Shown here one piece after another: positions 49,199 through 60,363 of a stretch of 64,000 nt of DNA. The stretch's first letter is position 1; each line of letters opens with the position of its first letter. Where the stretch lies: assembly GCA_965287045.1 (NCBI GenBank), contig OZ336877.1, positions 57,722,001-57,786,000 on the forward strand. Direction: 5' to 3'. Made by a program: the position numbers and the translations under genes. The stretch is from Carcharhinus amblyrhynchos. Lineage: Eukaryota. The notes under the pieces were generated by a model that made no database searches, was not told the DNA's origin, and saw only the letters and a program-made list of their open reading frames with translations.

Positions 49199-51553
49199 GA
49201 CTTTAACTTTACTAATATTGATTGGAATTGCTATAGCTCTAGCTCGTTAGAGGGGTCAGTTTTTGTACAAAGCGTGCAGGAGGGTTTTTTGAGTCAGTAT
49301 GTAGATAAGCCAACTAGAGGTGAGGCTATATTGGATTTGGTGCTGGGAAATGAGCCAGACCAGGTGCTAGACTTGGAAGTTGGGGTGCATTTTGGTGATA
49401 GTGACCACAATTCGGCTACGTTCACCTTAGTGATGGAAAGGGATAGGCATGAACCTCAGGCCAGTAGTTTTAGCTGGGGGAAGGGTAATTATGAGGCCAT
49501 TAGGAGAGAATTAGGAAGCACAGGTTGGACTAGGAGATTACAGGGACTGGGAACGTCCGAAATGTGGAGTTTTTTCAAGGAGCAGCTACTGCGAGTCTGT
49601 GATAGGTATGTCCCTGTCAGGCAAGGAGGAATTGGTAGGGCTAGGGAACCGTGGTGCACTAAAAAAGTTGATTCGTTGGTTAAAAAGAAAAAGGAGGCTT
49701 ATGTTCGGATGAGACTTGAGGGCTCGGGTAGTGCACTAGAAAACTTTAGATTGGCTAGGAGGGAGTTGAAGAGTGAGTTAAGAAGGGCTAAAAGAGGACA
49801 TGAGAAGACTTTAGCTGATAGGATTAAGGAGAATCCTAAGGCGTTCTATAGGTATGTCAAGAACAGAAGGTTGGTTTGGGCAAGATTAGGGCCAGTTATA
49901 GACAGCAGAGGGAAGTTATGTGTGGAACTGGAAGAGATTGGAGAGGCATTGAACCAATATTTCTCTTCGGTGTTCACGCAGGGGGACAAGAATATAGCTG
50001 AGGAGGACACTGGGTTGCAGGGGAGTAGAATAGACGGTATTACAGTTGATAAGGAGGATGTGCTGGATATTCTTGAGGGATTGAAGATAGATAAGTCCCC
50101 TGGTCCGGATGGGATTTACCCTAGGATTCTCTGGGAGGCAACAGAAGTGATTGCAGAGCCTCTGGCTCTGATCTTCAGGTCGTCGTTGGCCTCTGGTATA
50201 GTACCGGAAGATTGGAGGATAGCGAATGTTGTCCCATTGTTTAAGAAGGGGAACAGAGACTTCCCCGGGAATTATAGACCGGTGAGTCTCACTTCTGTTG
50301 TGGGCAAGGTTTTAGAAAAAATTATTAGGGATAGGATTTATAGTTACTTGGAGAGTAATGAATTGATTGGAGATAGTCAGCATGGTTTTGTAGCGGGTAG
50401 GTCGTGCCTTACTAACCTTATTGAGTTTTTTGAAAAAGTGACCAAAGAGGTGGATGGGGATAAGGCAGTTGATGTGGTATATATGGATTTTAGTCAGGCG
50501 TTTGATAAGGTTCACCATGGTAGGCTTCTGCAGAAAATGCAGATGTATGGGATTAAGGGTAATCTAGGAAATTGGATCAGGAATTGGCTAGCAGATAGGA
50601 GACAGAGGGTGGTGGTTGATGGTAAATATTCATCATGGAGTTCGATTACGAGTGGTGTGCCTCAGGGATCTGTTTTGGGGCCACTGGTGTTTGTAATTTT
50701 TATTAATGATCTGGATGAGGGTATAGTTGGGTGGATTAGTAAATTTGCTGATGACACCAAAGTCGGAGGTGTGGTAGATTGTGAGGAAGGGTGTCATAGT
50801 TTGCAGGAAGACTTGGACAGGTTGCAGAGCTGGGCCGAGAGGTGGCGGATGGAGTTTAATGTGGAGAAGTGTGAGGTAATTAACTTTGGTAGGAATAACA
50901 GATGTGTTGAGTATAGGGCTAACGGGAGGACTTTGAATAGTGTGGATGAACAGAGGGATCTAGGTGTATGTTTACATAGATCCCTGAAAGTTGGGAATCA
51001 AGTAGATAGGGTTGTTAAGAAGGCATACGGTGTCTTGGCGTTTATTGGTAGGGGGATTGAATTTAGGAGTCACAGCGTCATGTTGCAACTGTACACAACT
51101 CTGGTGCGGCCGCACTTGGAGTACTGTGTGCAGTTCTGGTCCCCACATTACAGGAAGGATGTGGAGGCTTTGGAGAGGGTGCAGAGGAGGTTTACCAGGA
51201 TGTTGCCTGGTATGGAGGGGAGGTCCTATGAGGAGAGACTGAGGGATTTGGGGTTGTTTTTGCTGGAAAGAAGGCGGCTAAGAGGGGATCTTATTGAAAC
51301 ATATAAGATGATTAGAGGTTTAGATAGGGTGGACAGTGATAGCCTTTTTTCTCGGATGGAGAAAGCTAGCACAAGGGGGCATGGCTTTAAATTAAGGGGG
51401 GGTAGTTATAGGACGGATGTCAGGGGTAGGTTCTTTACCCAGAGGGTGGTGAGGGATTGGAATGCCCTGCCTGCTGTGGTTGTAAATGCGCCTAGTTTGG
51501 GGGCGTTTAAGAGATCCGTGGATAGGTTTATGGACAAAAAGGGATTGGTTTAG
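49199..51553 (+). CDS. CR1 ORF2 fragment (partial APE endonuclease + reverse transcriptase), open for 784 codons, no native start
   Basis: Frame extends upstream of the track ORF to DFNFTNIDW (APE motif); ILDLVL, SDHN, KSPGPDG, NYRPVSLTS, AFDKV, GVPQGSVLGP and FADD motifs all lie in one frame. Confidence 0.9.
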   Translation, partial: DFNFTNIDWNCYSSSSLEGSVFVQSVQEGFLSQYVDKPTRGEAILDLVLGNEPDQVLDLEVGVHFGDSDHNSATFTLVMERDRHEPQASSFSWGKGNYEAIRRELGSTGWTRRLQGLGTSEMWSFFKEQLLRVCDRYVPVRQGGIGRAREPWCTKKVDSLVKKKKEAYVRMRLEGSGSALENFRLARRELKSELRRAKRGHEKTLADRIKENPKAFYRYVKNRRLVWARLGPVIDSRGKLCVELEEIGEALNQYFSSVFTQGDKNIAEEDTGLQGSRIDGITVDKEDVLDILEGLKIDKSPGPDGIYPRILWEATEVIAEPLALIFRSSLASGIVPEDWRIANVVPLFKKGNRDFPGNYRPVSLTSVVGKVLEKIIRDRIYSYLESNELIGDSQHGFVAGRSCLTNLIEFFEKVTKEVDGDKAVDVVYMDFSQAFDKVHHGRLLQKMQMYGIKGNLGNWIRNWLADRRQRVVVDGKYSSWSSITSGVPQGSVLGPLVFVIFINDLDEGIVGWISKFADDTKVGGVVDCEEGCHSLQEDLDRLQSWAERWRMEFNVEKCEVINFGRNNRCVEYRANGRTLNSVDEQRDLGVCLHRSLKVGNQVDRVVKKAYGVLAFIGRGIEFRSHSVMLQLYTTLVRPHLEYCVQFWSPHYRKDVEALERVQRRFTRMLPGMEGRSYEERLRDLGLFLLERRRLRGDLIETYKMIRGLDRVDSDSLFSRMEKASTRGHGFKLRGGSYRTDVRGRFFTQRVVRDWNALPAVVVNAPSLGAFKRSVDRFMDKKGLV

Positions 51554-51643
51554 GTTAGTGGGTCATTGTTTTTTAACTGGTCGGCGCAACATCGTGGGCC
51601 GAAGGGCCTGTTCTGCGCTGTAATGTTCTATGTTCTATGTTCT
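49199..51643 (+). mobile_element. Young CR1 LINE (~2.45 kb), 5'-truncated within the endonuclease domain
   Basis: ORF2 followed by 3' UTR ggccgaagggcctgttctgcgctg and (gttctat)n tail; inserted in the Harbinger transposase. Confidence 0.96.
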
Positions 51644-52752
51644 AAGTTATAATGAGGCACATGCCACTAGCTGACCATTGGTGGAGCACATCACAGGTAT
51701 CTTAAAGATGTGATTCCGATACCCGGACAGAACTTGTGGAGAACCTCAATACAATCTACAGAGAGTCTCATGGATCAGAGTGTTTTGCTATGTGCTGTAC
51801 AACTTGGCAGAGCAAAAGGGGAAAGACTTGCCAGATTATGAGATAGAGGAGCTACCATTTTCTCCAATGAGAAAAACCTTGAAGGAGATGAGGGTGTTGA
51901 GTTTGAGGAAGCTGAGGCTACAGGGGGTGAGGCCATAGCACGGGCCTGAGAAGGCAGGTGGCCTTCATTGCCGCCAGATTCCACTAAGAGAATGACAAGT
52001 TGCAGGAATATCATCTTAAACAAGTGCCCAGCATCATTAGTCAACAGGAACACCAGCATTGCTATATCTCTCAATTCAACCATGCACTTCAACATGAGAA
52101 TGAATAATTGCACATCAGAATCATATTGCCCTGGTCCTTTGAAGGATGATGAAGCCTGAGTTGCATGTGTCCTTGCTGAGATGAGGTACTAATAGGCGGA
52201 GGGAGTCCTGACATCAGACATTAGAAGGTGCTGCCTCTTCAAGAGTTTCTCTAGCATTCCAGTCACAATGGCACCCCAAAAGAGGCAGGAGCTGTTGTGA
52301 TCCTCAGTGGACTTGGAGCTGTTGCTTTCACGACTCCTCTAGGAGATCCATCTGAAGCAACGGAAAACACACTCTGTATAACATTGATGGTGAATTAGAT
52401 CATTCTCACTCAGGTCAGGGCAGCCGCTGACATTCTACTGCTGTGAATCTGTTGTGCATTCTTCCAAAATGCACTGACATCTGACACTCATTTTGGGATG
52501 GGCCACATTTATCCTCACCATAATAAGATGTGGACCACCTCGCTATGTCGATGTCAAACATTTCTCTGCCAGAAATTAAAATGCCTCCTTCAAATTGACA
52601 TTGTGCTTTTGTGGCTAACCCTGGCCTTGACTAGTCCAAAATGCTCATACACCACAAAGCCCTGAATGGAATTCTCCATTGCTAATAAAGAGCACACCTC
52701 AGCTTCTGCACATCTCACTCCAACCCATTGCTCCCCGCCACATGGTCTCAAG

Positions 52753-53268
52753 CAGAGTTTCTCAAAATTTTCTGGACACAGAACCCTTTTGAACTCCCAA
52801 GAGCATAGAGCAAATCCTGTTCTTATTATGTTGATGATACATGTCTTTTTGTGAAATCGGTACGAAAAAGAAAACTGCGTAGAAGTCTTTTTGAACTGTA
52901 TGTTTGCATTTATCATTAAATGTTATTTTATTCAATAAAGCACTTATGTCTGACCCCACTATCCTCCTCTCCCGTAGCATTTTCTCCATTGGCCCTCTTC
53001 CCCTTTGGCCCTCTCCACTTCTGATTCACCTCTGGTGCACCACTGCCCACTCTGCTTTCTGCCGCCCGCCAACCGCTGTGCCTTTGCTCTGCCGCTGCCT
53101 TCACTCCATCAATAGGCCTTTACTCCACCATATCCAACACAGAGTGAAAACCGCCTCTAATTGGACAAGCTGCAAGGACAGTTTTTTTCAAATTTTCAGC
53201 TGTTGCTCCCATTGAACCCTCTGGAAGTCTCCCACAGAACCTGAGGGTATTCCAGTTTGGGAAAACAG
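52753..53268. mobile_element. hAT (Charlie-like) non-autonomous DNA transposon
   Basis: Imperfect TIRs cagagtttctcaaa and tttgggaaaacag; 8-bp near-TSD gtctcaag (52745-52752) and gtctaaag (53269-53276), resembling the NTCTAGAN target preference. Confidence 0.55.
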
Positions 53269-54689
53269 GTCTAAAGCAATGGTGTTTGTTTCCAGAGCAT
53301 ATTTAAAGGTTGTATTACCCTTCAGAAATCATCATTTGGGATTAGCATCAGTGACCTGAGCTAAAGTGAAGGGACACACAGTACTGCATCCCTATTTTGT
53401 GATAAGAACCTTGTCCCCACAGTAAACACTACTACAGATGAGAGATGGGTTGTTGTAGGTAAAATAATACGTCTGAGACTGTTAGTGAGTCAAAGTACAG
53501 TAGCTTTTACTTCAAAACCCTGGCGTTTATTCCAGAGCTTTGGGAGAACTGGTTCCTTACAATGGCCTACCAGACTTCTCATACAACACAAACACAAGTG
53601 GGCATTTATACATTATGAGCTCCAGCAGTAATCACAACTCACATTTCCAATTCCTGCCAGACTCCCAGGTTTTCCTTCCCTGGTTACAACTTAGCTTCAT
53701 AGTTGAGCATAGATTACTGTCCAACTGGCAGCTGCAGTCATGATACAGGCTTAATCCGGTCACAATTCAAAACTCTTCTGCAGCAGTACCGGCATCCCTG
53801 TCTTTGAAGTTACTTGTGTGATCACGGCTGTCCCAACAGGACTCTTCCTGTTAAAAGCCCGTATCACGATCTGCCATCAGCAGCTGTCAAAAGCCGGTAT
53901 CGTAAACTACCATCTGTGTAATGATGTCCAACTAACACAAATAGGTAACATTTGCAAGGTCTACAAAATAACAGCCACGTTAGACTATCTGTCTTTATAA
54001 AAATGAGAGTTAAAGCATGTAACACATGAACAAATACCTTATGTTATTGCCAGGAGCAGTATCAGCTTGAGAAGATCAGTCACAATGAAAGGTGATGGTT
54101 GTAACATATTCTAGGTACAAAATCTATTAACCCTTTCCCTTCTTCAGGTACAAAATACATTCACCCTTTCCCTACTTCATGGGTAAAAGTTGGACATTTG
54201 TGTGCTAGGACAAAGGTGTGACTGAGCTTCATCACTTCAACATGGCAAGTTTCTCCCACTTTAGTACACTCAAAGCCAAACGTGCAGTTGGCTGATGGAA
54301 GTGCACACAAGCTCTGAGTATGAGTGCATAGCATGAAAACCCTGCAGGGAGAACATGGAGTTGCACAATGTATGAGCCATTCCCATGTATGAACACATCT
54401 CTCCTTGAAATTACACTTTCACCTTTCAAAAATGCAGCTGAACTAGGAGAATACCTCTGTTTCAATCTTACACAGCCAAGAATACACATGACATGCAAAG
54501 CACCTGAACCACACTAACATTAAGATCGAGAATGATCCGTGTTTTCCACATGTGCATAATTAATGAGGAAGGAAGTGAACAATACCCTGAAAAAACTTGC
54601 CACTGCAGCCCACAGGAAAAACACAATTCTTCAAGTCCAGTCCTGCACTTAGTGCAATGCTGGGAAATCCCACACATAATGTTCAACAT

Positions 54690-55165
54690 CTGATGCATTC
54701 CCACAATTGGACAAAACTTATTAGACAATCCTAATTGTGCTAAGAATTACTGCAACAACCAAGTTAACATTATTAGTTGGCTTGCAGTGTGGCTCACTTA
54801 CACATGCTAAAAACTACTCTCACACAGCCCTGTCCTTTACAAATAGAAAGAACATGTCCATCCATTGCACCTTTATTAACTAACTAAAAGCTACGGGGCA
54901 TCCATTCCTTGGTTCATTCCCCATTGCAAAGTCTTGACCAATCAGAGTTGACTTGCCTGGTTTGAATTTAAGCAACTGCTTAGCGTTTACCTTTCCCTGG
55001 TACATTCTCCATGACAACACTTCTACCCAATCAGCAGTCTCTCCTCATGCAGTATAAATCATTGCCCTCATTGAGATTTGGTATGCTCTCAGTTCTGTCT
55101 TGATAATGCAAGATGAAAAGCTTTGAAAACATGATTCATTTTTCAGCAATATTCAAGTTCTCTCG
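54690..55165 (+). mobile_element. Old Penelope-like element 3' part (GIY-YIG C-terminus and pLTR remnant)
   Basis: PTIGQNLLDNPNCAKNY..Q.NIIS resembles the PLE endonuclease C-terminal segment (AIGQHLL.NP.CA..Y..F.I); degenerate. Confidence 0.55.
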
Positions 55166-56031
55166 CACTAATGAAGATTTCAGATAATAATCCAATTCCA
55201 GTTAGGTTCAACTCATGGCTGCATGCAGCCCATCAGGGTTTTGTTTAGTGACATATTGTTTAGTGAGTAAAAGCAGAGTTTGTGAGCAGAGCAGGGAAAA
55301 TATAAGTGTATGAGAAAGAGCGAGAATGAGAGCGGAGTATTTGGTTGGTGAGAATTTCATTAGTTTTCCTCATATATCTTTAAATACTTTTACAAGTTAT
55401 TGATAACTGTAAGGTTTTTTTCAAATAAAGTTTTAGTAACAGTAATGGTAAAGGTTATCGGAAGTGGTAGGTTTTACTAACAAAAATAAAAAAATAAATA
55501 AATATGACTAAATAAAAATAAACTGAACAGCTAAAGCACATAATTAAGAAAAATATCACTTCTAATTGTAGCTGGTATTAGCTTTGGCATATGTAATATA
55601 TATATAAAGTAAAAGTTTCTTTTTTTAATTTGAAGTTGATGACAGTTCTTTCAATATATGAATAATTTAGCAGTTTCTGTAACTAATTATGAAATATTTG
55701 GTGTGTATTAAATGTATTTAACTTATCTGTGGTGTTGTGGTTAGTGCACATGCTGATTTCAACCTTTCAATTTTGCAGCACGCTCATGGAAATTATGTAA
55801 GTCTGAAATTTGATTGATAAAGTGGCAAGCATAAGGCAGCTCTCGGTTTACCTGAGACTTTCAGGTGAGTGCAATAAAACTTACCTGCCATAGTGCTGCA
55901 CTGCTCCTGATGCACTGTCCACTACTCTGCTGGGACAGACTGGTTCTTGTCCTCCATCTCCATGCCCAGCTACTCTTCATGGACAGTACCATGCTGATGG
56001 ATCCATGGACTCTCCTGTGTCACCGTCTTGA

Positions 56032-56462
56032 AGGCTTGTACTCGTTAGAGTTTAGAAGAATGAGGGGAGATCTCATTGAGACGTATAAGATGATGAATGG
56101 GATGGATAGGATAGAGGTGGAGAGACTCTTCCCGCTCAAAAAAGACAGTAGGACTAGGGGGCACAGCCTCAAGATAAAAGGGGGGCGGTTTAGAACGGAG
56201 TTGAGGAGGAACTTCTTCACTCAAAGGGTGGTGAATTTCTGGAATTCTCTGCCCGTTGAAGTGGTGGAGGCTGCCTCGCTAAATATTTTTAAGACGCGGG
56301 TTGATGGGTTTTTGATAAGAGAGGGGATTAAGGGTTATGGGGAGAAAGCGGGAAAGTGGAACTGAGCAGCAACAGATCAGCCATGATCTTATTGAATGGC
56401 GGGGCAGGCTCGAAGGGCTAGATGGCCTACTCCTGCTCCTATTTCTTATGTTCTTATGTTCT
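56032..56462 (+). mobile_element. Young CR1 LINE, 5'-truncated (~430 bp)
   Basis: GLYSLEFRRMRGDLIETYK...GYGEKAGKWN* and (ttcttatg)n tail; near-identical to 9812-10246. Confidence 0.95.
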
Positions 56463-58117
56463 ATCAGTGCTAATGCCTGGGGTTGGGGAGTACAGGCATT
56501 ACTTCCCACCCACCCCCCCCAGTGCCACATGCCAGTGTCCATCTGGGCATCACTGTATTATGGTACTCATGCAGCCTACAAAGGTCTGAAGTTTGAGCAA
56601 GGGTGGGGTGTGAGCTGATACCAAGACAAGGGGGGAATTGTGGAAGGAGATCTGTGCAAGGCAGGGTGGGAGAAAGGTAAACTGTGAGGTGCAATGTGGA
56701 AGAAGGACTTTGGAAGAAAGGGCTAGGGGAAGACAGAGGGCTCACATTGACAGGCAGAAGGGTAAGGAAGTAGATGAAGAGGACAAACAATGGAAGGCAG
56801 AGGAAAGACTGAGGGGAACGAAGTTGGACAAGGCAGCCTGACATGCAGATACCAGTGGGGTTAATGGATAGCACATGTATTACTGGAAGGGATGCACAAA
56901 GACTGCATATTATGGGGTGAATGCCTGAGAGTGGCACATTCACATAAGCACTAAGCATACTGGAGCTTGCAATGCTTTGTGAAAGTTAGTGTTGGTCATA
57001 GTCCTCTTCGGAAATGGGAACTATGTCAAGGTTCCCGTTTTAGTTCAGGTGCTGCCAGACAGGAATCATAGCATGCACTTCTGCTGAGAAATGGAAAGCA
57101 GCCAGATGACAGGCAGTCCAGTAGCTATTGGAACTCAGTCTTAAGTCAGAGATAGGAGACAGTGCAGCAGGCATGGAGCTGGAGCAATCATTGGAAGCAT
57201 GGTGTATCATGGGAGGGACAAAATGACATCAAAGAAACCACATCAGCTTACACTTGCACATCTGACTATATATGCAGGACAAACAGAAGCTTACAGCAGA
57301 TTATCTTTCTTCTTATTAGGAGATAGAGCACAGTAGAGAAAGGCTAACAAATTAAATTAGCATTAAAATGTTTTGAAAAATGAATTACACTCTCTGAATA
57401 AACAAACATCAAGCTTACCTCTACTTATGGGATTACACTTTCTCTTAGTTGGATGGGAACCATAAATCTCACCAACAACAATCAAATACTTAAGGGTCAA
57501 GGTTAAACTTCATATGCCTTCAGAAAAACATGATCATGTGACATGTAATGAATCACAAAATATCACATCAGATCACTCACTGATGCACGAAGGAAGGCAT
57601 TGTTTATTTATGAAAACACCAACCTTCTACATATTAAAGAGCATCTCAATGGAACATAAGATGGTGGTCTAACACATTATTACAAAAAGTTAAAGAATTT
57701 TGGGAATGAATGGGAGTGGGATTGAACCAGCTGGTTCATGAACAAAAATATCACCAATGCAAACTTGTTGAGCCAAACTACTCATTTCAGTTCTGTAACA
57801 TTTAATGATTTGGAAATTGGCAAGCAATGAGTTTGACTGGAGATAAGAATGTATTACCAGATTGTCTGTCCATGTGTTTGTGCACATTTATGTTTACATA
57901 AGTGAGCACTTGCAGGTGGTAGTGGTTTCCCAGTTTTCCACCCATCTGGAAACAAAGTTAGTCATTCTAAATCAGCGCTATGCCTGGGGACTTTTAATAT
58001 GATTGTCTATTTCATCACATAAAGGAAACCTAACATCTGTTGAAAAAAAACAAAGTACCAAAACGTCACATCAAAATCAGAGAGTAAATAGTTTGAGCCA
58101 ATGGTTAAGAAACATAC

Positions 58118-58645
58118 AAGTATCAGAGTCACAGAGGCTTACAGCATGGAAACAGGCCCTTCAGTCCAACTTGTCCATGCCACCCTTTTTTTTAAACCCC
58201 TAAGCCAGTCCCAATTGCCTGCATTTGGCCCATATCCCTGTATACCCATCTTACGCATGTAACTAATGCATCTAAACACTTTTTAAAATTGTAACCGCCT
58301 CTACAACTACCTCTGACAGCTTGTTCCAGAACCACCCTGTGTGTGAAAACATTGCCCCTCTGGACCCTTTTGTATCTCTCCCAACTCACCTTAAACCAAT
58401 GCCCTCTAGTTTTAGATTCTACCTTTGGGAAAAGATTCTGACTATCTAGCTGATCTATGCCCCTCATTATTTTATAGACCTCTATAAGATCGCCCCTCTG
58501 CCTCCTACACTCCAGAGTAAAAATGTCCCAGTCTATCCAGCCTCTCCATATAACTCAAACCATCAAGTTGCCGTAGCATCCTAATAAATCTTTTCTGCAC
58601 ACTTTCTAGTTTAATAATATCCTTCCTATAATAGGGTGACCAGGA
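58118..58645 (-). mobile_element. CR1 LINE 3' fragment
   Basis: MRGIDQLDSQNLFPKVESKTRGH; same subfamily as 20724-21194. Confidence 0.9.
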
Positions 58646-58649
58646 AGGT

Positions 58650-59968
58650 AACTATAAGCTTAACTTCTGTAGTAGGGAAAATGCTTGAATCTATCATCAA
58701 GGAAGAAATAGTGAGATATCTGGATATAAACTGTCCCATTGATATGATACAGCTTGGGTTCATAAAGAGCAGCTCATGTTTGACAAATTTGGTGGAGTTC
58801 TTTGAGAACATTGTATGTGCAGTGGACAATGGGGAATCTGTGGATGTGCTGTATCTGGATTTCCAGATGGCACTTGACAAGATGCCGCACCAAAGACTGC
58901 TAGATAAGATAAAGGCACGCAGTGTTACGGATAATGTATTAGCATGGACAGAATATTGGTTAACTAACAGAAAGCAAAGGGTGGGAGTAAATGGGTGTTT
59001 TTCTGTTTACGATTTGCATAGGTGCTTTGGAGCTGGGGACCAAGTGTAGTGTGTCAAAATTCCCAGATGACACTAAGTTGGGTGGAAGAGTAAAGTGTGC
59101 AGAGGATGCTGAAAGTCTGCAAAGGAATATAGATAATCTAAGTGAGTGGGAGAGGCTCTGGCAGTTGGAGTACAATGTTTTGTAAATGTGAAGTCGTCCA
59201 TTTTGGTTGGAATAACAGCAAAGTGGACTATTATTTAAATGGTAAAAAATTGCAACATGCTGCTGTGCAGAGGGACTTGGATGTCCTTGTGCAGGAATCT
59301 CAAGGACTTGGTTTGCAGGTGCAGAGGGTAATTAAGAAGGCAAATGGAATTTTGTCCTTCATTGCTAGAAGGATGGAGTTTAAAAACAGCAAGTTAATGT
59401 TGCAGCTGTATAAGGTGCTGGTGAGGCCACACCTGGAGTACTGTGTACAGTTTTGGTCTCCTTACTTGAGAAAGGATATACTGGCACTGGAGGGGGTGCA
59501 GAGGAGATTCACTAGGTTGATTCTGGAGTTGAGAGGGTTGGCTTATGAGGAGAGAATGAGTAGACTGGGGCTATACTCATCAGAATTCAGAAGAATGAGA
59601 GGAGAGCTAAGATTATGAAGGAAATAGATAAGATAGAAGCAGGGAAGTTGTTTCCATTGGAACTAGGGGGCATAGCCTCAAAATAAGGGGAAACAGATTT
59701 AGGACTGAGTTGAGGAGGAACTTCTTCACACAAAGAATTGTGAATCTGTGGAATTCCCTGCCCAGTGAAGCAGTAGAGGCTACCTCATTAAATGTTTTTA
59801 AGACAAGGATAGATAAATTTTTGAACAGTAAAGGAATTAAGAGTTATGGTGAGCGGGCAGGCAAATATAACTGAGTCCACAAAAAGATCAGCCATGATCT
59901 TACTGAATGGCAGAGCAGGCTCGAGGGGCTGGATGGTCTATTTCTGCTCCTAGTTTTTATGATTATGT
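58650..59968 (+). mobile_element. CR1 LINE, degenerate RT and 3' end
   Basis: SLTSVVGKMLESII, SCLTNLVEFFE, YLDFQMALDK, SKFPDDTKLGG and LVRPHLEYCVQFWSP; frameshifts and deletions. Confidence 0.93.
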
Positions 59969-60044
59969 ATATTTTTTATGACTAGAAGAGCTTGATGCCA
60001 AATTTAAACACACAAGTTATAAATTTTAAAAAAAGAACTGATAG

Positions 60045-60363
60045 GATAGAATCCCTACTATGCAGAAGGAAGCCATTCAGCCCATCGAGCCAGCACTGAC
60101 AACAATCCCACCCACGCCCCATCCGCGTAATCCCATGTATTTACTCTGCTAATCCCCCTGATACTAAGGATTAATTTAGCATTGTCAATCAACCTAACCT
60201 TCACATCTTTGGGCTGTGGGAGGAAACCGGAGCACCCAGTGGAAACCTATGCAGACACCAGGAGAATGCACAAACTCCACACAAATAGTCATCCAAGGTC
60301 AGAATTGAACCTGGGTCCCTGGTGCTATGAGGCAGCACTGCTAACCACTGTGCCCCCGTGCCA
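60045..60363 (-). mobile_element. HE1-type V-SINE
   Basis: gatagaatccctac tail; ctgtgggaggaaaccggagcaccc core; gaggcagcactgctaaccactgtgcc head. Confidence 0.9.

Larger units (their letters stand above)
47048..51987 (+). pseudogene. Harbinger (HARBI1-like) DDE transposase pseudogene, split by three insertions
   Basis: Pieces: 47048-47787 (LPVVVKVTVTLNSYTSGFLQTSAGDLCDIS..HKSIQQVTDALF..FPQVQGAI..LVCDHK..VCAKYSGS), ~48146-48182 (SYILYRSQIPD), ~49100-49198 (NDKG..LMMP), 51644-51987 (YNEAH..VEHITGILKM.FR..QYN..VLYNLA). Many stops. The element probably extends ~45213-52580. Confidence 0.8.

Noticed and set aside
53480-54106. Solo LTR (similar candidates at ~14203-14535 and ~37580-38295)
   Set aside because: TG...CA-like ends but no matching TSD or partner LTR could be verified by eye.
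55865-56365. 166-aa ORF resembling a host-CR1 fusion gene
   Set aside because: Chance read-through from flanking degenerate sequence into a 5'-truncated CR1; GTG start and no expression evidence.
58118-59968. Single CR1 with a twin-priming 5' inversion
   Set aside because: The two halves are different subfamilies and both have their own 3' ends, so they are two independent insertions.
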